Shown in pieces: positions 1 to 10,832 of a DNA stretch of 64,000 nucleotides. Below the pieces are notes generated by a model. That model saw only the letters and a list, made by a program, of their open reading frames with translations, did no database searches and was not told the DNA's origin. The DNA is from an uncultured Aquimarina sp. GTDB lineage: Bacteria > Bacteroidota > Bacteroidia > Flavobacteriales > Flavobacteriaceae. Each line of letters opens with the position of its first letter. Within the stretch, counting starts at the first letter, position 1. Location: the NCBI RefSeq assembly GCF_947495315.1, contig NZ_CANLYD010000022.1, positions 22,390 to 86,389 of the forward strand. Direction: 5' to 3'. The translations under genes and the position numbers were made by a program.

Positions 1-595
1 TTTGCTTTAAAAAATTACGTTGATGATACCATTCACCTTCAGGAGTTAAATGATTTTTAAGAAAGTTTTCCAAACTATATTTTTTATTAATCCCCATCGC
101 CTTCAATTCTTTATATTCGTTTTTAGTGAAGTTTTCTTCCTTTAGTTCAACTTCTTCTTCCAAAACATAACTTTTTTCATACGCATCGGTATCTAAAATT
201 GAAGATGTATGGGTTGCTAAATGTTTTATAGTAATTGGAACTTCTGGGTACTTTGGGTGATTTATGGTAAAAGGTAAAACATCATTGATCGGTGTATCTA
301 TTCTTAGTTTACCATCTTCAATGGCTTTCATTAAAGCTATTCCAATAAAAGTTTTAGAAACAGATCCTATATTTTGTATGGTATTTACGGTATATTTTTT
401 CTTTGTTTCTATATCAGCGTAACCAAATCCATTTTGATAAAGTATCTTATCAGGTGTCATTATTGAAACTCCAAAACCAGCTATCTTACTTGTTTTGTAT
501 ATGGAATCTATTTTTTTATTTAACTGATCAACTGATGTTTGTGCACTGACATAAAATGACACTACAATGCACAGAATTATACTAACTGTTCTCAT
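1..595 (-). CDS. Serine hydrolase / beta-lactamase-family protein, N-terminal part (3' end lies left of the window)
   Basis: Absent from the ORF track because there is no stop in the window. Manual reverse translation from ATG (595..593) gives MRTVSIILCIVVSFYVSAQTSVDQLNKKIDSIYKTSKIAGFGVSIMTPDKILYQNGFGYADIETKKKYTVNTIQNIGSVSKTF... This shows a signal peptide plus an S-x-x-K (SVSK) nucleophile motif in beta-lactamase/DD-peptidase context. Confidence 0.6.
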   Translation of the reverse strand, partial: MRTVSIILCIVVSFYVSAQTSVDQLNKKIDSIYKTSKIAGFGVSIMTPDKILYQNGFGYADIETKKKYTVNTIQNIGSVSKTFIGIALMKAIEDGKLRIDTPINDVLPFTINHPKYPEVPITIKHLATHTSSILDTDAYEKSYVLEEEVELKEENFTKNEYKELKAMGINKKYSLENFLKNHLTPEGEWYHQRNFLKQ

Positions 596-640
596 AAGTA
601 TTCGTTTTTTGATTGATGATTGATGATTGATAAAATTTCT

Positions 641-1321
641 TTATTTCAAATTAAATGTGAGACCTACTCCTCTTACACTTTCTATTGTTATATTATTATC
701 TTCCTTAAAATATTTTCTTAATCTACTTATAAACACATCCATACTCCTTCCTGAGAAGAAATCATCATTTCCCCAAACATCCTTTAATAAACGCTCTCTT
801 TTTATCATAGTGTTTTTATGATCATATAAGTACTGAATTAAGATAGCCTCCTTTTCTGTGAGCTTCTGTCGTTCTTCATTTAGTTTTAAGCAATGATTAG
901 TTGCATCAAACTTATAATCTCCAATGGTAATGACTTCTTCCCGTATAGGCTGAACTCTTTGCGATCGCTTTAGAATATTCTGAAGTCTTAGAACCAAAAT
1001 ATCGGCTTCAAAAGGTTTTACGATATAATCATCAGCACCGAGTTTTAAACCACGAATTTTATCTTCTTTCATTTTTTTTGCAGTAAGAAAAACAAATGGA
1101 ATTTCTGGGTTTAACTCTATTACTTTTTCTGCCAATGTAAAACCATCCATTTTGGGCATCATTACATCAAAAACACAGATATCAAATTGTTCTTCAGAAA
1201 AGATTTGCAAAGCTTCTTTACCATCTTGAGCCCAAACTACTTTGTACCCATGCAGCTCTAAATATTGTTTTAAAATGCTTCCAAAATCAAAGTCGTCTTC
1301 TGCTAATAATATATGCTGCAT
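641..1321 (-). CDS. OmpR/PhoB-type two-component response regulator
   Basis: REC domain (LLAEDD, acceptor context ICVFDVMMPKMDG, KPF) followed by a winged-helix output domain (LTEKEAILIQYL, VFISRLRKYF, VRGVGLTF). 226 aa. Confidence 0.9.
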   Translation of the reverse strand: MQHILLAEDDFDFGSILKQYLELHGYKVVWAQDGKEALQIFSEEQFDICVFDVMMPKMDGFTLAEKVIELNPEIPFVFLTAKKMKEDKIRGLKLGADDYIVKPFEADILVLRLQNILKRSQRVQPIREEVITIGDYKFDATNHCLKLNEERQKLTEKEAILIQYLYDHKNTMIKRERLLKDVWGNDDFFSGRSMDVFISRLRKYFKEDNNITIESVRGVGLTFNLK

Positions 1322-1323
1322 AA

Positions 1324-2721
1324 TTATTCGGTTATTGGTAATACTATAGTAAACGTAGTTCCTAAATCAGGTTTGCTCTCTAAAGAAATTGTTCCTTGAT
1401 GTGCCTTAACGATCTGACTGGTATAAAACAATCCTAAGCCTAAACCCTTTACATCGTGAACATCTCCTTTGCTGACACGATAGAACTTCTCAAAAATCTT
1501 ACGCTGCTCCTTTTCAGAAATTCCGATTCCGTTATCATGAATAGATATCTCATAATGATCGTCTTTAAGGTATGTTCTAAAAACGATTTCTACTTTTTCT
1601 TTACCGTATTTTACTGCATTATCTAAAACATTTAATAAAGCTGTAGTAAACATAAATTTGTCAATGTTTAAATGCACCTCTCTAAATTCAATCTTTGAGA
1701 CAATACTAACGCTTTTGTTCTGAACAGATAATTCAAAATCCTTCAAAACATTCTGAAAATATGTATCATCTAATACTTCTTCTTTTTTAAGTACTATTTC
1801 TTCAGAACCTAAACTATTAGTAACTACCTGATCAACAAGATTCTGCAATCTAATATTCTGACGATCAAGAATATCTAATGTGTTAGCAAATGCATCAGAA
1901 GAATTCTGTATTTCAGCTTTTCTTAAACTCTTAGAAGCGATCCCTAAAGTTGCCAATGGAGTTTTAAGCTCGTGTGTAATATTATTTATGAAATCAGTTT
2001 TTATATCTGCTAATTTTTTCTGACGAATCAAATTCCTAATAGAATAGAAAAACAGACTAACTACGAAAAGAAATAATAGCACCGAAAAAATAAATAACGT
2101 AGCCATCTGTTTAAACACTATTCGTTTCCACCCTATTATATTTATGTAATCTACAGTTCTCACTTCTATGTCCAAAGACATTTTGATTGATCCTTCATTA
2201 ATTTCGTTTTCATAATCAAGATCAGTAAACCAGCGAGCTTTACTCATCATTACTTCATCTTCCTTAGGAAATTTTTCGCCAAACACATATGCATCTCCTC
2301 CAGTAGCAGCAGAAAAAATGGTATCCATCTTTTCTTCTTCAAAAATAACGATACTCTTAATATCCTTTTTATACTGTATATCATATTCTAAATTACGACT
2401 TGCTATTTCTTTTTTGTAATACGATATGAATAGATCATTTAAAGAATCAGTTTTAGGTTTAAACCTATTCAGCGCCTCTTTTTTCTGGATATTATTTTTC
2501 TTATACTCTGCAAGACTTTCGCTTAAGTACGTATACCAAAGCTCCGCTAAGGAATCCATCTCTTTTGTATTATCAATGTTATTGATAGCACTTTTTGTCT
2601 CTCTAATAAATACATCCTTCTTTAGTTGGTATGTATTGTGTATTAGATACGCTTGTATACCACATAGCGCTAACAAAGCTATGATAGATGTAATGATGAG
2701 TGTATTTACTTTTTGCTTCAT
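1324..2721 (-). CDS. Membrane sensor histidine kinase
   Basis: Two hydrophobic segments. H-box FINNITHELKTPLATL, N-box LLNVLDNAVKYG, G-boxes DNGIGI and GLGLGLFY. Abuts the regulator gene downstream. Confidence 0.9.
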   Translation of the reverse strand: MKQKVNTLIITSIIALLALCGIQAYLIHNTYQLKKDVFIRETKSAINNIDNTKEMDSLAELWYTYLSESLAEYKKNNIQKKEALNRFKPKTDSLNDLFISYYKKEIASRNLEYDIQYKKDIKSIVIFEEEKMDTIFSAATGGDAYVFGEKFPKEDEVMMSKARWFTDLDYENEINEGSIKMSLDIEVRTVDYINIIGWKRIVFKQMATLFIFSVLLFLFVVSLFFYSIRNLIRQKKLADIKTDFINNITHELKTPLATLGIASKSLRKAEIQNSSDAFANTLDILDRQNIRLQNLVDQVVTNSLGSEEIVLKKEEVLDDTYFQNVLKDFELSVQNKSVSIVSKIEFREVHLNIDKFMFTTALLNVLDNAVKYGKEKVEIVFRTYLKDDHYEISIHDNGIGISEKEQRKIFEKFYRVSKGDVHDVKGLGLGLFYTSQIVKAHQGTISLESKPDLGTTFTIVLPITE

Positions 2722-3941
2722 TATAAAGATTCTTTAATGATATCAATCGCTTTTTGCAACTGATCCTGGGTATCTAAGATATAATGTTTTGGACTAAAAT
2801 CTTCTCTAGGCATTCCATTTATGTGAAATAACTTTTCTACAGGAATCTGAAATCCAATGTTGGTTTCTGGCAATGTGTAGTTATAGATAGCGCCTAACAA
2901 ATCTCCCATATCTGTACCTACTATTTCTGCTCTATTCAATCCATCAAAACCAATAGTCATACCTTCTCCCATACTGCCAGTCCATCTACCACAGAGAACA
3001 ACCAGTGGCTTTTCATAAGTTTCTCCTCTTGAAGAAACCAATTCAATCGTATTTCTCCTAACTCCGTATAACTTTTCTTCATATACAAAACTATGACGTT
3101 GATAAGGAGCTTCTTTTGCTATAAACCTTCCTATTATAGCTCTTGCTACGGTTGTATTTCCGCCACTTGGTGTATCTCTAAGGTCCAAAATGATTCCATT
3201 AGTATTCCATAAGCTATCTAAAACTTTATCGAAAATCTGGATCGTATTATTATCACCTAGAGAATTATTGATTTTTATATATCCAATATTATGATCCATT
3301 ACTTCTGCTTCTACAAGCGTTGCTAGGCCATTATTCTTTACATTTTCCAGATTGAATGTTAATGAGTCATTAACATTCAATCTCCTTTTTGTATTATGAG
3401 TTCCAGCTATTAACAGATTCGCTGCATATTCATACATTCTATTGGTGTGTTTTTTAATGCTTTTAGGCAAAAATCTTTTTATGGCTTCAGAAATTACAAT
3501 ACCATTATATCCTGTTATTTCCATTCCTAATAATAAACCGGATTTTTCTGCAGGAAACCCTTCTCTAATAGCAGATATAATAAAACAATTATTCTTGTAT
3601 GACACCCATATATCAGTTCCTGTTGGCAATAGTCTACTTGATGAAGCCAGGTTTGTATTTAGACCTATATGACCATTATAAAGTTCATTATTAGTCATTT
3701 CTAACAAACGAATAAAATCATCATCATTTTGAATTGTATCCACAGAAGGTTGATAAATCCTTCTTACTTCGTTCCAATCTGTTTTCTGAACATCAAAATA
3801 TGCAAAGTATTGATCAACTATTTTCCAATAATTTTCAAAATCTTTCTGATACTTAGTTTGTCCAAAGGAACTAGACACTACACATAAAATGATGATGATT
3901 CTTAGCATTACTATTCGCTTTTTGATTGTCGATGAGATCAA
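2721..3941 (-). CDS. Secreted S41-family (C-terminal processing-type) peptidase
   Basis: Signal peptide. LDLRDTPSGGN and CGRWTGSMGEG segments resemble the S41 GGG and Ser-nucleophile segments. The start may be the internal Met at 3908. Confidence 0.65.
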   Translation of the reverse strand: MISSTIKKRIVMLRIIIILCVVSSSFGQTKYQKDFENYWKIVDQYFAYFDVQKTDWNEVRRIYQPSVDTIQNDDDFIRLLEMTNNELYNGHIGLNTNLASSSRLLPTGTDIWVSYKNNCFIISAIREGFPAEKSGLLLGMEITGYNGIVISEAIKRFLPKSIKKHTNRMYEYAANLLIAGTHNTKRRLNVNDSLTFNLENVKNNGLATLVEAEVMDHNIGYIKINNSLGDNNTIQIFDKVLDSLWNTNGIILDLRDTPSGGNTTVARAIIGRFIAKEAPYQRHSFVYEEKLYGVRRNTIELVSSRGETYEKPLVVLCGRWTGSMGEGMTIGFDGLNRAEIVGTDMGDLLGAIYNYTLPETNIGFQIPVEKLFHINGMPREDFSPKHYILDTQDQLQKAIDIIKESL

Positions 3942-4077
3942 AACTATAGCATAGTCCTAAATAAACCGAAGAATTCAGTCCTGTTAACCCACCGTTAACG
4001 TTAATAAATCTTTATCATCACATAAAACAAAGGGTTTAAGAGGATAAGTTAATGGCGCATCCAAAAGGATAAATTAT

Positions 4078-4085
4078 TACATTTG
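4078..4085 (+). promoter_or_regulatory. Bacteroidota sigma-A type -7 box (TAnnTTTG)
   Basis: TACATTTG lies 25 nt upstream of ATG 4110 and overlaps the TTG start (4083) used by the ORF track. Confidence 0.4.
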
Positions 4086-4109
4086 CGGACTAATACAACC
4101 TATCTTTTC

Positions 4110-5012
4110 ATGCAAGCATATTTAAAGCTAATTAAATTCGATAATCTCATTCTTATAGCCATAGCACAATTATGTATTAAATATGGTCTTTTTGAACCTT
4201 TTGACATTGCTATTACATTAAATGGATTCGGGATTTCACTTTTGATTATCGCTACAATTTCTTTGGTTGCAGCGGCAAATGTTATGCTATATATTGAAAA
4301 CAAAGAATATGCTATCAAGAAAGAAAACACAAATGCAATCATTTCGGAAAAGATCGCTAATCGTCTTTTTATAATTTTTAATGTTATTGGAGTTGCCGTT
4401 GGTTTCTATCTATCCAATAGTATAGGAAAACCTAAGTTAGCCGCTTTATTTATCATAGTTTCCGGTATATTTTATATCTACGCTACGTATTTAAAGGAAA
4501 TTTTAGTTCTAAAAAATGTAGTTATAGGCATTCTAATGGCTTTAGGGTTAATTTCCGTTGCCATTTTTGATTTACTTCCTGCCATTACTGATCAGAATAG
4601 AGCTTCTCAGAAAGTTATCTTTCTAATTATAGTAGACTATTCTGTTTTTGCTTTTACTATCGTTACTATTCGTGAAATTGTAAAAGACTGCTTCTCAATA
4701 GACAGGGATCATAATGCTGGCATACAAACAATCCCTATAGCTTTAGGAAAAGATCGCACTGTAAAACTCATTGGTGGATTGACGATAATTCCGATTGGAT
4801 TAATTATCTACTATGTTTATACATATCTATTCAGCAATTCTACTGCAGTCGTTTTAGTTTTGGGACTCTTGGTAGCACCTTTATTATATTTTATGTTCAA
4901 AAGCTGGAGTGCAGAAACCAATAAGGACTTTAAAACGTTAAGCCTTATTTTAAAAATGGTATTGTTTTTAGCCTCCCTATCTATATTGTTATATCAATTT
5001 ATTCTACTTTAA
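4110..5012 (+). CDS. UbiA-family membrane prenyltransferase
   Basis: Polytopic membrane protein. The Asp-rich loop VKDCFSIDRDHNAGIQTIPIALG resembles the second UbiA motif. Start moved from TTG 4083 to ATG 4110 because of the promoter box. Confidence 0.55.
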   Translation: MQAYLKLIKFDNLILIAIAQLCIKYGLFEPFDIAITLNGFGISLLIIATISLVAAANVMLYIENKEYAIKKENTNAIISEKIANRLFIIFNVIGVAVGFYLSNSIGKPKLAALFIIVSGIFYIYATYLKEILVLKNVVIGILMALGLISVAIFDLLPAITDQNRASQKVIFLIIVDYSVFAFTIVTIREIVKDCFSIDRDHNAGIQTIPIALGKDRTVKLIGGLTIIPIGLIIYYVYTYLFSNSTAVVLVLGLLVAPLLYFMFKSWSAETNKDFKTLSLILKMVLFLASLSILLYQFILL

Positions 5013-5015
5013 CAT

Positions 5016-5603
5016 ATGCTAAGAGAATTATTAAAGAATCATAACCTTATTCTAGCGTCCGGATCACCTAGAAGACAACAATTTTTCAGGGATTTGGATT
5101 TGGACTTCACAATCCAATTGAAAGAAGTCAACGAAATATATCCTGATCATCTTAAAGCATCAGCAATATCTGATTATCTGGCAAAATTAAAAGCAGATGA
5201 ATTCATACAACTAAAACCAAATGATATTTTGGTTACCAGTGATACGATCGTTTGGCACCATAATAAAGCTATCGGAAAACCTAAAGACGCACAAGACGCT
5301 AAAAATATGATAGCCTCATTATCCGGAGAAACTCACGAGGTAATTACATCGGTATGTTTTAAGACGGCTACTACTACCAAAATTATAAATCAAACCACAA
5401 AAGTTACTTTTAAACCGCTTACCACCGAGGAAATAGACTATTATGTAGACACCTTTTCTCCAATGGATAAGGCAGGCGCCTATGGCATACAAGAGTGGAT
5501 TGGATATATAGGTATTACCAACATAGAAGGAAGCTATTTTAATGTTATGGGACTTCCCGTACAACTTGTTTACGAAACGTTAATGAAACTTGCCGGATCA
5601 TAG
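5016..5603 (+). CDS. maf: Maf-like nucleoside triphosphate pyrophosphatase
   Basis: ILASGSPRRQQ near the N-terminus and DKAGAYGIQE near the C-terminus, 195 aa. Classic Maf signature. Confidence 0.9.
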   Translation: MLRELLKNHNLILASGSPRRQQFFRDLDLDFTIQLKEVNEIYPDHLKASAISDYLAKLKADEFIQLKPNDILVTSDTIVWHHNKAIGKPKDAQDAKNMIASLSGETHEVITSVCFKTATTTKIINQTTKVTFKPLTTEEIDYYVDTFSPMDKAGAYGIQEWIGYIGITNIEGSYFNVMGLPVQLVYETLMKLAGS

Positions 5604-5644
5604 CTTTATCGTAATTTGCTATATAAAAGCATAAAAAACATATT

Positions 5645-6589
5645 ATGAAAAAGTCATTGCTCCTATTCGGAATATTAGGTGTTTTGGTAATTATTGCTTG
5701 CAGTAATATCAAAGCAGATGAAAAGACCAAAAATGCGGAAAAAGTAATTACCGAAAACACAACATCAGCTTTAAAACCAGCAAAAGAGCTTTCGGAAAGT
5801 TTTAAAAAATACTGGTATGCCGGTAATGCAGAAATTACATCTTATCAGTTAGAACAAGCTCGATATGGTGAAATCAGAGAAGGAAAAGCTGTTCTTATTT
5901 ATGTAACTGAAGATTTTCTTAGCAAGGAACAAGTCAAAGCGGATTATCAAAACACAGAAAATGTACCCGTTCTAAAGCTAAATGCTACTAAAAAGTTTAA
6001 TACAGGTATATATCCATATTCAATTATGCAAAGTACCTTTTATCCTGTTGCAGACAACCAACACGCTATTAAAATATCTAGCTCAATGCAAGAGTGGTGC
6101 GGGCATGTGTACGCACAATTAAATAATCGCAAAAAGTTTGATGTGATGTCTCACTCCTACTTTCAGGGAGAAGCAGATCAGAATTTTGCATTAGAAAAAG
6201 ATATTCTAGAAAACGAATTGTGGGCAAAAATCAGAATCGACCCTGATAACTTACCGCAAGGAGACTTAAAAATCATTCCTTCTTTTGAATATTCTAGACT
6301 CAAACACAAAGAGATTAAAGCATATTCGGCAAAAGCTACCTTACAAAAAGATGCAACTTCTAATATTTATACCATAAACTACCCAGAATTGAACAGAAGT
6401 ATCAGTATTACTTTTAATAGTTCTTTCCCATACGAAATAGAAGGCTGGTCAGAAACTTTTAAAAGTGGTTTTGGTGCTAATGCTAAAGAATTAACCACAA
6501 AAGCTACTAAACTAAAACGCATCAAATCTGCTTATTGGGGAAAGAACAGTAATAAAGATGAAGTGCTAAGGCAAGAATTGGGACTTTAA
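5645..6589 (+). CDS. Lipoprotein of unknown function
   Basis: Signal peptide with lipobox (VIIAC). Long clean ORF with no recognisable catalytic motif. Confidence 0.6.
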   Translation: MKKSLLLFGILGVLVIIACSNIKADEKTKNAEKVITENTTSALKPAKELSESFKKYWYAGNAEITSYQLEQARYGEIREGKAVLIYVTEDFLSKEQVKADYQNTENVPVLKLNATKKFNTGIYPYSIMQSTFYPVADNQHAIKISSSMQEWCGHVYAQLNNRKKFDVMSHSYFQGEADQNFALEKDILENELWAKIRIDPDNLPQGDLKIIPSFEYSRLKHKEIKAYSAKATLQKDATSNIYTINYPELNRSISITFNSSFPYEIEGWSETFKSGFGANAKELTTKATKLKRIKSAYWGKNSNKDEVLRQELGL

Positions 6590-6632
6590 AACAACATTAC
6601 AAATAATAATTTTAAATAAAAATCATACTATT

Positions 6633-6917
6633 ATGAAACTAACTGAAACTGAAATTGCCTCTCGACTAGAAAAAATGGATGGTTGGGAATATGAAGATAA
6701 TGCACTTCATACGTCATTCGAATTCGAAAACTTTAAAGATGCTTTTTCAGCTATGTCTCGTATTGCTTTTGAAGCTGAAGCCCTAAACCATCACCCCGAT
6801 TGGTCCAATGTCTATAACGTAGTTAATGTAAGTCTATCTACACACGATGCCGATGGTGTTACTGAAAAAGATTTTCAACTTGCCAGAGCCATTGACGGAA
6901 TTGTAGAAGAAGAATAA
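6633..6917 (+). CDS. phhB: Pterin-4-alpha-carbinolamine dehydratase
   Basis: 94 aa with a LNHHPDW core motif and typical length. Confidence 0.85.
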   Translation: MKLTETEIASRLEKMDGWEYEDNALHTSFEFENFKDAFSAMSRIAFEAEALNHHPDWSNVYNVVNVSLSTHDADGVTEKDFQLARAIDGIVEEE

Positions 6918-6996
6918 AAATTAAGTGGAAATGAATATGTATTTGTGAAACATTTGGTTTCTACTTATGTTTGTATTCAGATTTTAAATTTAGATT

Positions 6997-7722
6997 ATGG
7001 GAAGAGCTTTTGAGTTCAGAAAGGCACGTAAAATGAAACGTTGGTCAGCAATGTCCAAAGCATTTACTCGTATTGGTAAAGATATTGTAATGGCGGTAAA
7101 AGAAGGTGGTCCTGACCCAGCTTCTAATTCACGCTTAAGAGCAGTCATACAGAATGCAAAGGCTGTAAATATGCCAAAAGACAATGTAGAGCGTGCTATT
7201 AAAAAAGCTTCTGATAAAGACCAAAGTGATTATAAAGAAGTACTGTTTGAAGGATATGCTCCACACGGAATCGCTATACTAGTAGAAACTGCTACTGATA
7301 ACAACAATAGAACAGTTGCTAATGTGCGATCTTATTTCAATAAGTGCGATGGCAACTTAGGAACATCTGGTTCTGTAGAATTTATGTTTGATCATACATG
7401 TAACTTTAGAATTAATGGAGAAGGTCTTGATCCTGAAGAATTGGAACTGGAATTTATAGATTTTGGAGCAGAAGAAGTGTTCCAGGATGAAGATGGAATT
7501 TTAATTTACGCTCCTTTCGAAAGCTTTGGTGCTATCCAAAAAGAATTAGAAAGTAGAGAAATTGAAATCTTATCATCCGGTTTTGAACGTATTCCACAAG
7601 TAACTAAGAAACTTACTCCAGAACAAGCTGCTGATGTAGAAAAGCTTCTAGAAAAAATAGAAGAAGATGATGATGTACAAAATGTATATCATTCTATGGA
7701 AGAGTCATCTTCTGAGGAGTAA
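6997..7722 (+). CDS. yebC: YebC/PmpR-family transcriptional regulator
   Basis: MGRAFEFRKARKMKRW start, GGPDPASNSRLR, acidic C-terminus, 241 aa. Confidence 0.95.
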   Translation: MGRAFEFRKARKMKRWSAMSKAFTRIGKDIVMAVKEGGPDPASNSRLRAVIQNAKAVNMPKDNVERAIKKASDKDQSDYKEVLFEGYAPHGIAILVETATDNNNRTVANVRSYFNKCDGNLGTSGSVEFMFDHTCNFRINGEGLDPEELELEFIDFGAEEVFQDEDGILIYAPFESFGAIQKELESREIEILSSGFERIPQVTKKLTPEQAADVEKLLEKIEEDDDVQNVYHSMEESSSEE

Positions 7723-7748
7723 ACAAAAGAATAACAATACTTTATGAA

Positions 7749-7777
7749 AAGACTGTCTGATAAGGCGGTCTTTTTTT
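7749..7777 (+). terminator. Rho-independent terminator after yebC
   Basis: Stem AAGACTGTC / GGCGGTCTT (9 bp including two G-U pairs), loop TGATAA, followed by a T7 run. Confidence 0.6.
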
Positions 7778-7824
7778 GTTATGTTTAAAAAGTATTTACG
7801 ACCTAATTAAAAATCAATACAATT

Positions 7825-8337
7825 ATGAAGCATTGGATCTTTTTGGTATTTCTTTCTATGGGATTATTTTCTCAAGCTCAAAACATGAATAATGACACCT
7901 TAGGTGAGATTATTACCAAAAAAGCTGATACCTTGACTGGAATCCTGGGAAACTGGCAGTTTGTTTATAAAGAAACTCCAATGTTATGTATTACCGATGC
8001 AAAAAATAATAGAATGCGAATTATAGCTCCTATTACGGAATCTAATAATCTTGATAAAGATTTGTTATTAGATTCTATGACCGCGAACTTTCATTCGGCT
8101 CTTGATGTTAAATATGCGATTTCTAATGGAATTCTTTGGTCTGCGTATGTACATCCTTTAAAAGAGCTAAGCACAGAACAAGTAGAAAGTGCTATATCTC
8201 AAGTTTATCTTGCAGCAAAAACTTTTGGAACAACATTCTCCAGTACAGAATTGCTTTTTGGGGCAAGTGCTTTAGAAGAAGAAAAAGAAGAACCTAAAAA
8301 GGAGATAATTAAAAAAGAAAATACTAGAAAGTTTTAA
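7825..8337 (+). CDS. Secreted hypothetical protein
   Basis: Signal peptide (FLSMGLFSQAQ), Glu/Lys-rich tail, no motif recognised. Confidence 0.55.
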   Translation: MKHWIFLVFLSMGLFSQAQNMNNDTLGEIITKKADTLTGILGNWQFVYKETPMLCITDAKNNRMRIIAPITESNNLDKDLLLDSMTANFHSALDVKYAISNGILWSAYVHPLKELSTEQVESAISQVYLAAKTFGTTFSSTELLFGASALEEEKEEPKKEIIKKENTRKF

Positions 8338-8891
8338 ATATCTGGTTCAAAACTATATTCAGGAATCTTTCCTTTTACACCTTTAAAGAAACCATACATA
8401 GATTGTAAGTCTTTATCAATATCATCAGTAGGATAAAATGGAGGTGACACTACTACTTGCTTCTTTCCAAAGTCAAAAGCAACCATAAGGATAGGTACAT
8501 TAGCCGCCTGAGCAATATAATAAAACCCCGTTTTCCAAGACGACACCTTTTTCCTTGTTCCTTCTGGAGCTAAGGTTAATCTAAGCTCGTCACGCTTCTC
8601 AAACTCTTTTGCGATGGCTTCAACTTTATTTTGACCGGGAGTTCTATCCAATGCAATTCCTCCAACTTTTCTAAAATACCAACCAAATGGCCATTTAAAA
8701 AGTTCTTTCTTGCCCATAAAACTGATTTTAACACCCGCAACCTGTCGGATAAGTAAACCTATATAAAAATCATGCCAACTAGTATGTGGAACTGCAATAA
8801 CAACACACTTCTTTATATTATCACCATCAAAATCTCCTATCATCTTCCACCCCATAATTTTGTGAAATATAAAAGATGATAGTTTTCTCAT
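8334..8891 (-). CDS. Lysophospholipid (PlsC-family) acyltransferase
   Basis: H(X4)D motif HTSWHD and PEGTR motif (APEGTRKK). Confidence 0.8.
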   Translation of the reverse strand: MRKLSSFIFHKIMGWKMIGDFDGDNIKKCVVIAVPHTSWHDFYIGLLIRQVAGVKISFMGKKELFKWPFGWYFRKVGGIALDRTPGQNKVEAIAKEFEKRDELRLTLAPEGTRKKVSSWKTGFYYIAQAANVPILMVAFDFGKKQVVVSPPFYPTDDIDKDLQSMYGFFKGVKGKIPEYSFEPDI

Positions 8892-8909
8892 TGTTATCTG
8901 ATTATAGGA

Positions 8910-10784
8910 TTATAGTGTACGATAAATTGCCTTCAAAGTATCAGCATTCATCTTTTCTTGCCAATTTTCGCCTAAAGCGTTTTCCCACAAAGGGACTAAA
9001 CCTAAGGCTACAGATGCCATAGTATCTAACTGTTGTTCTGTTGCATTAGCACAAATTCCTGCAGGCAGTTCAATATTATGAACTTCTTTCATTTTCTTAA
9101 AAAGTGCTACACCCTCAGGGTAATAATCTCCAAGCTTGTCAAAAACAATACAGTTTCCTATTCCATGCTTAGTTCCTAAAACGTAAGCTAATCCATAACT
9201 CATAGCATGTGCAACTCCAACCTGCGAATAAGCAATACTCATACCTCCATGCCAAGAAGCCATCATTAGTTTTGCGTCTGCTTCTTCTTTATCTAGCGTG
9301 TTTTCTAAAAAGATCTCTTTGCAAAGGTCATATGCTTTTTCGCCATAACTTTGACTAAATGCATTCAGATACGTACCATTTAAAGATTCAATACAATGAA
9401 TATAACAATCCATCCCTGTATAAAACCATTGATCTTTAGGTACCTCTTTTATTAATTCCGGATCCAGAATTACCTGATCAAAAGGGGTGAAATCAGAATT
9501 GATACCTAATTTTTTTTCAGGGCCTGTCAATACTGTTGTTCTTGACACCTCTGCTCCTGTTCCAGAAATTGTTGGAATACCCACATGATACACCGCTTTA
9601 TTATCCACAAGATCCCAACCTTGGTACTCTGTAGCACTACCAATATTGTTCATCATAATAGCTACAGCTTTTGCCAGGTCCATTATAGATCCGCCACCAA
9701 TACCAATAATACCGCTTGGTGTAAAACTGTATGCACTTTTAAATTCTGATACCAGTTGGTCTACCTGAGACGTTTTAGGTTCTTCTTTTGTAGATACGTA
9801 AACTATATTATCATTACCTGATAAATTTATCCTATCTTCAATAAACGTTTTATTATTTTCAAAAACATCATCAATAAGATAAATAAAAGGGGCACCATTT
9901 TTTCTTTCTGGAGAAAGGATTTGCTCTAGTTGATTAAAGGATCCTTTGCCAAAAACCACTCTTGGCACCATAGGAAAATTCTTATGGATTGATTCTTTAA
10001 CCTTAGAAGTAACCGTAGATGTAATGTTCAAAAGATTTTGTTTATTAATTAAATTCTTTGCTTTTTCTAAATCTTCCGGGGTATCTATTTCCACACCTTC
10101 GTGATGTGTTTCTATCATTTTTATATTCTTACCATATTCCAGATATCTAATACATTCAATCTTTTCAGAAGCCTCTAAAGTTCTCATCGGTAGGCGATAA
10201 AAATCTAGAATTGCTTGCTTTCTGAATGCATAAATTCCTTTATGTTTATAATATGTATGACTAATTTCTTTATCTCTAGGATATGGAATTGGAGCGCGAG
10301 AAAAGTATAAAGCATAATCATCTTTATCTACAATTACTTTCACGCTATTTGGGTTCACTATATCATCCCAATCATTCATTGGGGTCATAAGACTTGCCAG
10401 ATCTATTTTCTCTGCATCATCTCCTTGAAATACTTCCAAAACCTTTTCAAGGCTTTCTCTTTCGGTAAAGGGCTCATCTCCTTGAACATTGACTACAATA
10501 TCAATATCCATATTTTCTACAGCTTCAGCGATTCTATCACTTCCGCAGTCATGCTCTTTAATACTCATGATAGCTTTACCGCCATGAGCTGTAATTTCTT
10601 TAAATATAATATCGCTATCAGTAACCACATAAACCTCACTAAATAATGATGTACTTACTGCGGCTTCGTATGTTCTTAGAATAACAGATTTCCCTTCAAG
10701 ATCCTGCATTAATTTCCCAGGAAATCGGGATGCAGCATATCTCGCAGGAATCATTGCGATGGTTTTCAGATTAGTTTTGTTCAA
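8910..10784 (-). CDS. kdsB: Fusion protein: CMP-Kdo synthetase (KdsB) domain + iron-containing alcohol dehydrogenase-family domain
   Basis: The N-terminal ~250 aa carry [15 protein letters not shown] and VQGDEP, typical of KdsB. The C-terminal ~350 aa carry [25 protein letters not shown] and His-rich segments typical of Fe-ADH folds. Single uninterrupted 624-aa ORF. Confidence 0.8.
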   Translation of the reverse strand: MNKTNLKTIAMIPARYAASRFPGKLMQDLEGKSVILRTYEAAVSTSLFSEVYVVTDSDIIFKEITAHGGKAIMSIKEHDCGSDRIAEAVENMDIDIVVNVQGDEPFTERESLEKVLEVFQGDDAEKIDLASLMTPMNDWDDIVNPNSVKVIVDKDDYALYFSRAPIPYPRDKEISHTYYKHKGIYAFRKQAILDFYRLPMRTLEASEKIECIRYLEYGKNIKMIETHHEGVEIDTPEDLEKAKNLINKQNLLNITSTVTSKVKESIHKNFPMVPRVVFGKGSFNQLEQILSPERKNGAPFIYLIDDVFENNKTFIEDRINLSGNDNIVYVSTKEEPKTSQVDQLVSEFKSAYSFTPSGIIGIGGGSIMDLAKAVAIMMNNIGSATEYQGWDLVDNKAVYHVGIPTISGTGAEVSRTTVLTGPEKKLGINSDFTPFDQVILDPELIKEVPKDQWFYTGMDCYIHCIESLNGTYLNAFSQSYGEKAYDLCKEIFLENTLDKEEADAKLMMASWHGGMSIAYSQVGVAHAMSYGLAYVLGTKHGIGNCIVFDKLGDYYPEGVALFKKMKEVHNIELPAGICANATEQQLDTMASVALGLVPLWENALGENWQEKMNADTLKAIYRTL

Positions 10785-10832
10785 AATTGTGTGCTTTTCG
10801 AAGGTCCAAAAATAACTTTTTTAAATCGATTT

